NCBI RefSeq assembly: GCF_000008665.1
Contig: NC_000917.1
Location: 990,001-1,022,000, forward strand
Reading direction: 5' to 3'
DNA: 32,000 bases
Source of the DNA: Archaeoglobus fulgidus DSM 4304
GTDB lineage: Archaea; Halobacteriota; Archaeoglobi; Archaeoglobales; Archaeoglobaceae
Shown one piece after another: positions 1 through 10,241 of the stretch; position 1 is the first letter of the stretch; the number at the start of each line of letters is the position of its first letter. The translations under genes were made by a program, and so were the position numbers. The notes under the pieces are model-generated. The model had not been told where the DNA came from. It saw only the letters and a program-made list of their open reading frames with translations, and searched no databases.

Positions 1-285
1 ACCCGTCTCCAAGACCTACACTCTCCACCAGATAACCCAGTTCCTGCAGGATGAGGAGTTTCAGGGCTTTGATGGCAATGGAAACTATGACACAGTAATT
101 TTCCTCGGCTTCCTCCCGTACTACCTCTCAAGGATGCTGTCATCGCTGAAGCACTTCTCCAAGATTACAACCATAGCCATAGACGAGTTCTACCAGCCGC
201 ACGCAAAGTTCAGCTTTACCAATCTAACGAAGGACAGAGAGCTCTACTACAGCATGCTTCAGGAGGTTCTCGACAACCTTTAATT
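1..285 (+). CDS. cdhB: C-terminal end of CO dehydrogenase/acetyl-CoA synthase epsilon subunit (CdhB-like), partial, apparent frameshift near 236-243
   Basis: Frame 2 reads PVSKTYTLHQITQFLQDEEFQGFDGNGNYDTVIFLGFLPYYLSRMLSSLKHFSKITTIAIDEFYQPHAKFSFTNLTKDRE, which resembles the CdhB C-terminal region; the expected tail ELYYSMLQEVLDNL* is in frame 1 and ends at 285. Confidence 0.65.
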
Positions 286-307
286 CTTTTTTATTTTATG
301 AAAGCCT

Positions 308-547
308 ATGTCGGTTATGGATGAGAAGGCAAAGGCAATGCTGATGCTCGGCGTGCTGAACGATGCCTTTGGCGATATCAGGAACATGATTTACTACCTT
401 CAGGATTTCATTTACTCGCATCCCGACTGGGCGGAGGATTTTGAGAAATTGGGTTTGAATGACGTGCTTAATGCGGCGAGGGAGCTGGAAAAACTCACGC
501 TGGAGAAAATGGATTTGCTTAAGAGGATAGCTGAGGGAAAGGAGTAA
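308..547 (+). CDS. small uncharacterised helical protein (79 aa)
   Basis: ORF with charged/helical composition, fits between neighbours; no family recognised. Confidence 0.5.
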   Translation: MSVMDEKAKAMLMLGVLNDAFGDIRNMIYYLQDFIYSHPDWAEDFEKLGLNDVLNAARELEKLTLEKMDLLKRIAEGKE

Positions 548-577
548 AAAATTTAAAATACAACACAAAATATTAAT

Positions 578-1126
578 GTGTACTGTGGAATAGATGTCGG
601 GCTCAAGAAGTGCCATGCAGCTTTGATTTCTGACAGGCTTGAGTTTGTTGGGGATTACACTGAGCTTGATCTGGATAATGTTAGGGTTACTGGAATAGAT
701 GCGCCTCTCAGCTTCCCAGCAAAAGGCTCGCTGAGGGAGTGCGAGAGGCTGCTTTTGAAAATGGGAATCAGGCTTTTCCCCTCAGGAGCACCCTTTTTCA
801 GGGGGATTGCGCTTAGAGGAATGGAGATTGCGGAAGAGCTGAGGAGTAAGGGCGTGGAGGTTTACGAGGTTTACCCCTACGCAACGAGGGTGATTCTTAA
901 CATCGCTCCGAAGGCGAAGAAGCATACAAAAAGCGGGCTTGAGGAGATAAGGGCAGAGCTTTCGAGATGGGTGGAGATTCCAGAGCTTTCGCATGATGAG
1001 GTTGATGCGGTAATAGCTGCGCTGACAGTAAAGCTGTTCTCCGAGGGCATGGGAGTGAAGCTGGAGGGGATTGACGGCTCCATTGTGGTGCCAAAGGGCA
1101 GAGTGCAGCTTAGCCTGAATCCATAA
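578..1126 (+). CDS. DUF429-type predicted nuclease (RNase H-like fold)
   Basis: MYCGIDVGLKKCHAALI start, TGIDAPLSFP motif, VYEVYPYA and SHDEVDAVIAALT motifs typical of DUF429 proteins. Confidence 0.65.
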   Translation: MYCGIDVGLKKCHAALISDRLEFVGDYTELDLDNVRVTGIDAPLSFPAKGSLRECERLLLKMGIRLFPSGAPFFRGIALRGMEIAEELRSKGVEVYEVYPYATRVILNIAPKAKKHTKSGLEEIRAELSRWVEIPELSHDEVDAVIAALTVKLFSEGMGVKLEGIDGSIVVPKGRVQLSLNP

Positions 1127-1156
1127 ACTTTAAATCAGAACTGCCAGAGGCTTACC

Positions 1157-2023
1157 ATGAAAATTTCACCCCTCTGCCCCTCATGCCTTCTCGGCAGGGT
1201 TTACTACGAAGCGAAGCTTGTCACTGACGATGAGGATTTAATCTCACAATGCGTTGATGAGTCCCTTAAAATTCTCGCCGAGAACTACTCATCACGCCCG
1301 ATAAACGCTCACCTTGCAACGCGAATCCACAGGAGGGTTTACGAGATTCTCGGCGTTGAAGATCCTTACGCGGAGGTGAAGGCCAGAGCCAACGAGGTGG
1401 CGAGGCAGGTTCTACCTCTTGCAAAAGAAATCGTTGAAGGCTCCGACGACCCCTTCAAGACTGCTGTGATAGTCTCTATAGTGGGAAACAATTTTGATTA
1501 CGGCGTGCAGGGGCACAAAGTTGTTGAGGAGGAGTTCAGGGATTTCCTCAAGAGAAAAGTTCAAGAAGGGCTGAAGATTAACGACACCGAAAGAATAAAG
1601 GAGCTAAGCAGTGGAAAGGTTGTTTATCTGACCGACAACGCGGGTGAGATTTTCTTCGACACCCTCTTAATGAAAGAGATTAAGAGGCGCTGCGAGAAGC
1701 TGACTGCTGTGGTGAGGGGCAGGCCAATCATCAGCGACGCCACCATTGAAGATGCGAGGCTGGCGAGAGTTGATAAGATAGCAGACGAGCTACTGACAAA
1801 CGGGAAGGGGGCTATAGGCATAATAATGGACGAGCTTCCCGACGAAACCAGAAAAGCCTTAGAGGAAGCTGATTTGATTGTTGCGAAGGGAATGGCCAAC
1901 TACGAGTGCCTTTCTGATGGCAGCTTAAAGCCGATAGCTTTCCTTTTAACAGCAAAATGCGAGCCTGTTGCGAGAGACATTGGCGTTAACGTTGGAGATA
2001 TGGTGGCAAAGGTGGTCGAATGA
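1157..2023 (+). CDS. DUF89 family / damage-control phosphatase ARMT1-like protein
   Basis: CPSCLLGR N-terminus, YLTDNAGEIFFDTLL and VVRGRPIISDAT motifs characteristic of DUF89. Confidence 0.85.
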   Translation: MKISPLCPSCLLGRVYYEAKLVTDDEDLISQCVDESLKILAENYSSRPINAHLATRIHRRVYEILGVEDPYAEVKARANEVARQVLPLAKEIVEGSDDPFKTAVIVSIVGNNFDYGVQGHKVVEEEFRDFLKRKVQEGLKINDTERIKELSSGKVVYLTDNAGEIFFDTLLMKEIKRRCEKLTAVVRGRPIISDATIEDARLARVDKIADELLTNGKGAIGIIMDELPDETRKALEEADLIVAKGMANYECLSDGSLKPIAFLLTAKCEPVARDIGVNVGDMVAKVVE

Positions 2024-2595
2024 ACCCGAGGGAGAGGGCACTGGTTGACCTCTTCGCAGCGATGGAGGGGCTTGCCGGCCCTGCCTTTGAGTGCACCTAC
2101 TACCCCTGCCACTTTGATGGACAGGATTGCTCAATCTGCTACTGTCCCTTCTATCCCTGCCTGCTCTACCGCCTTGGAGGTGAGATAATCGTCTCTTCCG
2201 ATGGCAGATACGTATGGAGCTGCAGGAACTGCCACTGGATTCACGAAAAGGAGAACGTTGAGGAGGTTCTTGCTTACTTCTCTGCCTTTCCCCGCCAGCT
2301 GCTTGTTGAAGCTGACTGGAGCTTTTTCACGAAAAGCCTTCAGGAAATCCTCTTCGGCGAGGAAATTGGCTTTGAGAATGGCAGAGCTTATGATTTGACT
2401 CCTGCCAACATTCAGGGCTTTGAGTGCGAGCCCTTGGCGGAGGGGGAGTTTCTGGACGTTACCATTGAAAACTTTTCGATTACCTCCGTAAAAAGGCTCA
2501 GCAATCCTGAGGAGGCTGAGGGGGTTATAATTCCGGAGAAGTCCGGGAGAAATCTTATCGGTTATCTGGATGGGTTCGTGAAATGCAGGTTCTGA
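2020..2595 (+). CDS. cysteine-rich small domain protein (PF04071-like) with about 100 aa C-terminal extension
   Basis: ECTYYPCHFDGQDCSICYCPFYPCLLYRLGG...VWSCRNCHWIHEKENVEEVL pattern; start overlaps upstream stop by 4 nt. Confidence 0.75.
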   Translation: MNPRERALVDLFAAMEGLAGPAFECTYYPCHFDGQDCSICYCPFYPCLLYRLGGEIIVSSDGRYVWSCRNCHWIHEKENVEEVLAYFSAFPRQLLVEADWSFFTKSLQEILFGEEIGFENGRAYDLTPANIQGFECEPLAEGEFLDVTIENFSITSVKRLSNPEEAEGVIIPEKSGRNLIGYLDGFVKCRF

Positions 2596-3044
2596 CGACA
2601 TCCAGGAAGCCGGGCAGAAAGACGAGGAGGTTTGCGAAGGTTCTGGCGAGGTTTTTCAACTGGAAATACGTCAACAGGGGTAAGCTTAGCTTGGAGGATT
2701 TGGCGGGGATTGCGGAGAGGTTTTGGATAATCTCGGAGGTGAAGGGTAATCCCGCAATACTGAATCTTTACGAAAGGGGAGAGAAGACGCTTGAGGTAAG
2801 CTTCACGCTGAGCAACGTGAACAAGATCAAGATGGATGACAGTCCAGCCGTCTTCAAGGGCAAAGCCCCCATTGACCCTCTTGTTTTTGGTGCGATACCC
2901 CAAACAAAAGCGGGTTTAAAGCTGACGAGAAAGGTGGAGTTCAGGAAAAAGGTTGTCGTTAAGGGGGATGAATGGCTCTTTTTTTACGATGATGAAATGC
3001 TTTTCAAACTCAGAATTTTAAAAATCAGCCGAAGCTCTCGCTGA
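2583..3044 (+). CDS. archaeal Brix/Imp4-like ribosome biogenesis protein
   Basis: MQVLTTSRKPGRKTRRFAKVLARFFNWKYVNRGKLSLEDL matches archaeal Brix-domain proteins. Confidence 0.75.
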   Translation: MQVLTTSRKPGRKTRRFAKVLARFFNWKYVNRGKLSLEDLAGIAERFWIISEVKGNPAILNLYERGEKTLEVSFTLSNVNKIKMDDSPAVFKGKAPIDPLVFGAIPQTKAGLKLTRKVEFRKKVVVKGDEWLFFYDDEMLFKLRILKISRSSR

Positions 3045-3465
3045 AGTCAACGAACTCCTGCGGGATTTCATCCTCTCCTGCTTCGTCCATGACGTCTTCT
3101 TCCACGTATATCGGGCATGAGGTTCTCACGGCAATCGCAATGCTGTCGCTCGGTCTCGCATCAATCTCTATTGTTTTATCGTTCTGGCTCAAAATAAGCC
3201 TGGCGTAGAAGGTGTTGTCTATGAGGTCGTCTATAATCACCTTTTCAATTCTTGCGTTCAGCTTGCCGATTATATCGATAAGCAGGTCGTGAGTCATGGG
3301 GCGCGGAGGAACAAATCCGCGCAGAGCGGAATAAATCGAAAAGGCCTCGGCATGACCTATGTATATGGGCAAAACTCTGCCGTCCTCAGTTCTTAGGACA
3401 ACTACAGGAGTTACGCCAAAGGCGGTTTTGACTCCGAACAGTCCGTAAACTTCAGCCACTAGCAC
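3025..3465 (-). CDS. bifunctional nuclease domain protein (DUF151/BFN family)
   Basis: VVVLRTEDGRVLPIYIGHAEAFSI...RPMTHDLLIDIIGKL...RPSDSIAIAVRTSCPIYVEEDVMDEAG. Confidence 0.85.
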   Translation of the reverse strand: MLVAEVYGLFGVKTAFGVTPVVVLRTEDGRVLPIYIGHAEAFSIYSALRGFVPPRPMTHDLLIDIIGKLNARIEKVIIDDLIDNTFYARLILSQNDKTIEIDARPSDSIAIAVRTSCPIYVEEDVMDEAGEDEIPQEFVDFSESFG

Positions 3466-3500
3466 AGAATCTGGTATGTCACTAAAATATTAAACACTTT

Positions 3501-4007
3501 CTACGAGTCAATGTTCTCCCCCTTGTAAACCCCCTCGTACCCTTTGGTCGGTGAGGAGAGCCTTATGAACACAAGCTGAATGATTCTGGCGTTCCTCGAA
3601 AGCCATATCCCGTAATCGTTGTGTACAACTATGCTCACTTCACTCCTCCCCTCGTATCCAGCGTCCCAGACTGCGGTGAGAACGTTTGCTCCACATCTGA
3701 TAAGCGTTGACCTCGGACGGGCTATTGCCATAATATCGTTTCCCAGCCTGACAACTTCATTCAGTTTCGCTCTGTAAACGCCTTTGGGAAGGTAAACCCA
3801 ATCTCTGAATTCCACCTCCTCAAGCTCAGGTAGCTCTCTTCTGCTGTTGTCGAAGTCAACCCTACCACAACCTCTCAACCTGTAAACGCTTCTCAGAGTG
3901 CAGTCAAAACCGTTGGGCTGAATCTGCGTCTCCAAATCTACGTAGTCCCTGATTAACCCCTCTTTCTGAATCAACTTCCTGATCTCATCCCCGCTCAGAA
4001 CCGCCAT
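3501..4007 (-). CDS. dCTP deaminase/dUTPase family protein, probable dUTPase
   Basis: Residues IQPNGFDCTLRSVY, ARPRSTLIRCGANV, AVWDAGYEGRS are dUTPase/Dcd superfamily motifs. Confidence 0.75.
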   Translation of the reverse strand: MAVLSGDEIRKLIQKEGLIRDYVDLETQIQPNGFDCTLRSVYRLRGCGRVDFDNSRRELPELEEVEFRDWVYLPKGVYRAKLNEVVRLGNDIMAIARPRSTLIRCGANVLTAVWDAGYEGRSEVSIVVHNDYGIWLSRNARIIQLVFIRLSSPTKGYEGVYKGENIDS

Positions 4008-4029
4008 GCAGCGGTTTTGTGGGAAGGAG

Positions 4030-4374
4030 TTATTTCTTTTTCCTCAAGATGTCGGGGTAGTCAACGTAGTATGCGTCGATGTAGTCGTACTTCCCCGTTA
4101 TCTTTGCAACCTCGACGGCAATTATGTGCGCACACGGGGATTTCCCCTTTAAATTTACAAGAAAATCGGGGCAGGTGCAGAACCCTCCCTCAACGACGTA
4201 TTCTTCCTTCCCCACAACCACAAAAAAGTCCTTGTACCTCTTGACCTTGCTCCTCTTCAAATACTCAAAGGCCTTGTCCCCCCTCTTTCCGAAGCTCAGC
4301 AGCAGCGCCTTGTAAAGCTCGTACTCACTGCCGCTCCTCGCTGCCTTTTCCACTTCACTCGGTAGGGGCATCAA
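4030..4374 (-). CDS. SWIM zinc finger domain protein
   Basis: CTCPDFLVNLKGKSPCAHIIAVEVAK (CxCx(n)CxH). Confidence 0.75.
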   Translation of the reverse strand: MMPLPSEVEKAARSGSEYELYKALLLSFGKRGDKAFEYLKRSKVKRYKDFFVVVGKEEYVVEGGFCTCPDFLVNLKGKSPCAHIIAVEVAKITGKYDYIDAYYVDYPDILRKKK

Positions 4375-4906
4375 TCTTGCTTAACTCAAGAACGGAGCTT
4401 ATTGCGTCAATCCCGTCAATCCAGCTAATTACTGCACTGTCTTCAGGAATGTCCAGCTCGGGAAGCTGCTCACCCTTGATAACCTTCGCTCCCATCTGAG
4501 CAACTGCGTTGAGTGAGCCCTCGTAGTCTCCGCTCTGCTCCTTTTTCAAAGCATCTTTGAGCAGAGCCTCAAAGCTCTTTTTGCTGATTTTGCCCTCAAA
4601 GTAGAGCCTGAAAGACAGCAGAACGGCCTTGATGCTTTCCAGAGTGAACTGGAAGAGCTCGTTTTTGAGCTCATCTCCGAAGTCGTGGTTGGGAATCAGC
4701 CCTAAAATCTTCTCCACTTCCTTCACCGCGTCAGCCTTCCTGATTTCCCTTTCCTTGACGGCCCTTATTATGCTGAGGCAGGCAATTATGACGTCTTCGA
4801 GCATCTGATCAAATACCGCGAAAGTTTCCGGATTGTCCTCATCAAGTTCCGTTTCAGCTATCTTGTTTACCCAGTTGCTGAACCTTGACTGGCTGTAGAA
4901 CTCCAT
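4355..4906 (-). CDS. DUF2150-like uncharacterised archaeal protein; start refined to ATG at 4906
   Basis: ORF track extends to 4972, but the ATG at 4906 (MEFYSQSRFSNWV...) has an upstream T/A-rich promoter-like CTTATAA about 30-35 nt away. Confidence 0.65.
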   Translation of the reverse strand: MEFYSQSRFSNWVNKIAETELDEDNPETFAVFDQMLEDVIIACLSIIRAVKEREIRKADAVKEVEKILGLIPNHDFGDELKNELFQFTLESIKAVLLSFRLYFEGKISKKSFEALLKDALKKEQSGDYEGSLNAVAQMGAKVIKGEQLPELDIPEDSAVISWIDGIDAISSVLELSKIDAPTE

Positions 4907-4977
4907 AAAATAAAACCTAATACTAAGGTTATAAGGATTTTGACAAAAATTTTTCAACTCCTCTTTCAACAATCGAC

Positions 4978-6421
<1,444 letters not shown>

Positions 6422-6435
6422 TTTCCCACCTCCAT

Positions 6436-6774
6436 TTACTCGGCAGCGCCAGCTTCAGCCTCCTCAGCTTCTTCAGCCTGCTCCTCAACCTTGTTTCTCT
6501 CGATTATGTGCTCCTCCTCTATCTTCTGCAGGTCTTCAACCGTGTCGTAGATTTTAACGTAGCACTTCGCCTCTGTTTTGCCAAATTCGGTTTTTATGTA
6601 GTCCACAACAACTCTTTCCGGCTCGGCGTTCATCAGCCCCGCTATTTTGCCCCTGACCTCCTTTCTGGAGGGTGTTTTTCCCTCGAAGCTCAGTCTGCAG
6701 TAAACCTCTCTCCTCCTCAGCAGAGGGTTGTGCCTTTCTTTCTCAACGTAAACCTCCAAGTCAATCACCTCCAA
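6436..6774 (-). CDS. rps24e: 30S ribosomal protein S24e
   Basis: [34 protein letters not shown]...[23 protein letters not shown]. Confidence 0.9.
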
Positions 6775-7321
6775 GCAAGTACTTCAACTCATCACATTCT
6801 CCGATTATCTCCATCTTGTTAAGCAGGTTGAGTATTAGAACTTTCTTCTCCTCGTCAACCTTCAATGCCACGACACCCTCTCCCGGCTGACCGTAAAGGA
6901 TCAAAGCTCCAAGAGGGAGCAATTTTACGAGTGGGACAACTGCAAGGTCCTCCTCACCGTCAACAAACACGAGAACCTTCTTTCCATCTTCGCACAGCTT
7001 TAAGGCTTTGAGGAGGGCGGAAATAAGCTCGCAGGATATGTGAGCGGGAGGATTGGTTGTTTCGATTACTTCATCGAAAGCCTCCTGTTCGAACTCAACA
7101 TTTTCCTCTCTCAGCGTTTTTCCGTCGGCAACAGCCAAATCTGGAGTTAGACCGACTTTGATGGCTGAAGCGGTCACCAAATCTCCGACTGTGCAAAAGG
7201 GCTTTGCTTCCGAGATTTCCTCCACCTCAAGCAGCAGTTTCTCCCCCTTGCCCCTGTAAAGCTTCCCGTGCGGTTTTGCAAGCTCTTCGCGCATGCTCTC
7301 AGGAAGTCTAAGCCCCTTCAT
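6761..7321 (-). CDS. DUF359 family, GTP-dependent dephospho-CoA kinase
   Basis: [19 protein letters not shown]...[28 protein letters not shown]...NPPAHIS...[15 protein letters not shown]. Confidence 0.85.
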
Positions 7322-7509
7322 CCTACTCTCAGGGCGTATTTGCCCGGTATTTTGATTTCGAGCCTCTTTGCAATCTCGCTCTTTTCGGGGTCAACAATTA
7401 CGACGTAACCGTACCACTCCTTCGTCAGGTCAGTGCTTCCGCAATTTCTGCAGATGTTGGTGTCAACATTTATGAACCTGCAGTTCTTGCATGCAAGCTC
7501 GGCCATCAA
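7318..7509 (-). CDS. spt4: transcription elongation factor Spt4 (RpoE'')
   Basis: [45 protein letters not shown]. Confidence 0.92.
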
Positions 7510-8075
7510 ACCCCACTCTCCTTCATGAGCTTCTCAATCTCCTCCTCAATCCACTTCAGCGCCCCAAGCCAGGGCTGCCTCATGGTGAGACCAATCTTGC
7601 TCTTCTCAGGCTCTCTCTCCTTGAGGCTGAGCGAAACGATTCTTGCCCTTACCTTGTCACCCTCCTGAAGAACCTTTTTAGTTTCCCTCCCCACCAGCCT
7701 CTTGTTCTTCTCGTCAAACACCATGTAGTCATCGGTAACCTGACTCATGTGCAGAAGAGCGTCGAATGGGCCGATGGAAACGAACGCTCCGAACTCTACG
7801 ATTTCGATGACCTCCCCCTCCACGACCTCTTGGTGGAGCGGTCTGAAGCATATAGCATTGAAAACGACGTCGAAGTAAACTCCTCCGTCCCCTTCAATAA
7901 TTCTGCCCTCTCCTATCTCTTCTATGCTTTCGATGCCTATGATCATTCCGTACTCTCTGTCGAGCCTGCCCTCAAACTGCTCCCAGAGGAGGGAGTTGAT
8001 TACCTTTTCAATATCCTCTCCAAGCTTTGATGGAGGAACCCTAACAGTATCTCTGAGTTTTATACGGGCGTACAT
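7506..8075 (-). CDS. rpoE: DNA-directed RNA polymerase subunit Rpo7 (RpoE')
   Basis: [19 protein letters not shown]...[14 protein letters not shown]...S1-like [25 protein letters not shown]. Confidence 0.93.
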   Translation of the reverse strand: [189 protein letters not shown]

Positions 8076-8137
8076 AAAATCATCACCGCAGCCTTTGCTG
8101 GGTCGGGAAGCAATATAAATTTAACTAAGAATGTAAA

Positions 8138-8674
8138 TCAAACCCAGGCCTCATCGATTTTGCTGAAAAGCTTAACTATGAAATCCACGCTCCTGGAAGT
8201 AAACTCAGCCACAACCCTCGCGTAAGCTTCAGATAAAGTCTCGTTGTCTGAGTACGGGTAACTTCCGTTCTGCAGAACCTCGCTCTCCTTCCTCAGAATC
8301 AAAGTCAGCCCCTTGCTTCCGTTTACGTCGCCGAAAACAACGGTGCTGTTCTCACCAAGCGAGTTAATAGCATCACCAACTTTTGAGGACAGTTCCTGCG
8401 ATTTTGAGACTTCATCAAGGAGAGCTGTAGTTACTTCGTTGTTCACTGCCATAACGGCCAGCGCTCCGTAAATCACTCCCCAGAGATTCTGATAAACCGA
8501 ATCACTGCCGGAATTGTCGAGAATCTCAACGAATTTGTTGCTCATTTCAAGGTTGGAAATCGTGTTCTTCAGAAGCACAACCGCAAGCTGCTCGGCATCC
8601 ATGGAGAAGTCTTCAGCCAAAGCAACCGGCGTGAGAATAAGCAGAGCCAGCGATGCCACCAGCAGTTTCTTCAT
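8138..8674 (-). CDS. uncharacterised exported protein
   Basis: Signal-peptide-like MKKLLVASLALLILTPVALA; remainder no recognised family. Confidence 0.65.
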   Translation of the reverse strand: MKKLLVASLALLILTPVALAEDFSMDAEQLAVVLLKNTISNLEMSNKFVEILDNSGSDSVYQNLWGVIYGALAVMAVNNEVTTALLDEVSKSQELSSKVGDAINSLGENSTVVFGDVNGSKGLTLILRKESEVLQNGSYPYSDNETLSEAYARVVAEFTSRSVDFIVKLFSKIDEAWV

Positions 8675-8785
8675 GCTATATGATGTTCTTTAACCAATAT
8701 AAGCTTTAAGTTGAGTTGATGATTATTAGAGTGAGCATTTTTATCTGAGCAAAAAATTTAAATTATTGAAGTGTTATGACAGAGC

Positions 8786-9208
8786 ATGAGATTGAGATGG
8801 CAAACCATAGTTCTTTTACTGCTGATACTCGGAGGAGCGTCGGCATCTGCAGTGTACTTTTCGATGAAGGGAAATATAGATGTGATTGAAGACGCGATAT
8901 CTGTTTCTCCTGCAAGCTTCAGCATCGACATTGCGAAAGGGGCGCACTACGTGAAGGAGGTTAAGGTGAAAAATTCCGGGGGAGAGGCTGAGATTTACTT
9001 CGAAGACATTGTTGAAGGTCCAGACAAGAGTGCCATCGACGTCTCCTTCCACACCGAAAGTGGAGAGAGCATTTCAAGCTCAAATAAGCTCAGATTGCCT
9101 GCAGGCACAGCTGACAGCCCTTCTGAAACTGTAATTCACGTTCACATCGATGTTGACGATGATGCTCCTACAGGCAGCTACGCCATCTACATCCACGCCA
9201 AGCAATGA
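8786..9208 (+). CDS. uncharacterised secreted/membrane-anchored protein with Ig-like (NEW3/CARDB-like) character
   Basis: Hydrophobic N-terminus TIVLLLLILGGASASAVYF then beta-rich SVSPASFSIDIAKGAHYVKEVKVKNSGG...ETVIHVHIDVDDDAPTGSYAIYIHAK. Confidence 0.65.
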   Translation: MRLRWQTIVLLLLILGGASASAVYFSMKGNIDVIEDAISVSPASFSIDIAKGAHYVKEVKVKNSGGEAEIYFEDIVEGPDKSAIDVSFHTESGESISSSNKLRLPAGTADSPSETVIHVHIDVDDDAPTGSYAIYIHAKQ

Positions 9209-9241
9209 AAAACCTTAAATTTTTTTGTGAGAAGATGGGGA

Positions 9242-9739
9242 ATGGCAAAAATTGCGGTGGTGTCCTTAGGAGGGGCAGGAACGAGCATAATGAGAGAAAT
9301 GCTAGGCATAGCCTCTGATTTTGATGCTTACAACGTCAATGAGAGGAGAACGCTTAAAAATGCAAGGTACTTCGGTTACGAGGAGATGGAGGCTCTGGCG
9401 GAGGAGCTTTCCGGCTACGACTGCATCATTTTCACAGCAGGCCTTGGATCGAGAAGCGGGGACGCTTTAGTGGATTTGTACGGGATGCTCGATGGTGTTA
9501 GGAGGCTCTGCTTCCTCGTGACTCCTTTCTACTTTGAAATCGAGAGGTTGATGAGGTCGAGAGCGCAGCTAGGCAAGATTATGACCGAAGATTTTGAAGG
9601 GGCTGTTCTCACGCTGAATTCTCTTCTGCGGGATATGGAGGAGGCTGAGCCAAGCAAAAGCAAGCTGGAGAAACTTGTAAGAAGGTTTGACAGAGAAGTG
9701 GCCAGCCTTATTGTGGAAATGATGCAGGAGGTAAGATAA
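9242..9739 (+). CDS. divergent, short FtsZ/tubulin-superfamily-like protein
   Basis: MAKIAVVSLGGAGTSIMREM (T1-like), CIIFTAGLGSRSGDALVD (T4-like), VTPFYFEIERLMRSRAQLGKI...AVLTLNSLLRD (like FtsZ PFxFEGxxRxxxAxxG...). Alternative upstream start at 9227. Confidence 0.6.
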   Translation: MAKIAVVSLGGAGTSIMREMLGIASDFDAYNVNERRTLKNARYFGYEEMEALAEELSGYDCIIFTAGLGSRSGDALVDLYGMLDGVRRLCFLVTPFYFEIERLMRSRAQLGKIMTEDFEGAVLTLNSLLRDMEEAEPSKSKLEKLVRRFDREVASLIVEMMQEVR

Positions 9740-9773
9740 AAAAGTTTATTTTTCTGAGACACCATTTTCTTCG

Positions 9774-10241
9774 ATGATTGATGAAAAAAATCTGAAGATC
9801 CTGGAAGCAATAGCGAAAGGCCTCTCTCTTGAAGAAATCGCCGAATATGCCGGAGTTTCCAAGAAAACGGCTTACAACAGAATAAAGATGCTCGAAGACA
9901 TGGGAATAGTGAAAAAGGTGAAAAGAACATGGGAAATCGATTACAAGAAGGCGGAGTGCGACACGATCGGGATTCTTCTTCTGGGAGTGCACAACGATTA
10001 CGAGGGGCTGAAGAAGATAACGGAAAGGCTTGCGAAGTTCGACTTCGTGGAAAAGATATACAAGCTCGTTGGCTCCAATTACAATCTTCTGGTCGTTGTG
10101 CGATACAAGAATCTGAAGGAGCTTGTTTCTGAGGGAGAAAAATTCCTTGAGTGGTTGCAGAGGAGCGGGATAAAGATAGACTCAATGGCCCAGTTTGTTG
10201 GGGAGACGGTGAAGGATAGCCGGCGTACAATTCTGCTGTGA
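9774..10241 (+). CDS. Lrp/AsnC-like HTH transcriptional regulator
   Basis: LEAIAKGLSLEEIAEYAGVSKKTAYNRIKMLEDMGIVKKV HTH; C-terminal ligand-sensing-like domain. Confidence 0.8.
   Translation: MIDEKNLKILEAIAKGLSLEEIAEYAGVSKKTAYNRIKMLEDMGIVKKVKRTWEIDYKKAECDTIGILLLGVHNDYEGLKKITERLAKFDFVEKIYKLVGSNYNLLVVVRYKNLKELVSEGEKFLEWLQRSGIKIDSMAQFVGETVKDSRRTILL

Noticed and set aside
296-616. 106-aa reverse-strand ORF
   Set aside because: Antisense to the 308..547 gene and intergenic region; composition typical of a shadow ORF.
7491-8030. 179-aa forward ORF
   Set aside because: Opposite strand of rpoE; Leu/His-rich shadow translation.
9529-10230. 233-aa reverse-strand ORF
   Set aside because: Antisense to both the FtsZ-like and Lrp-like genes, low-complexity Ser/Leu/Phe composition, no family resemblance.
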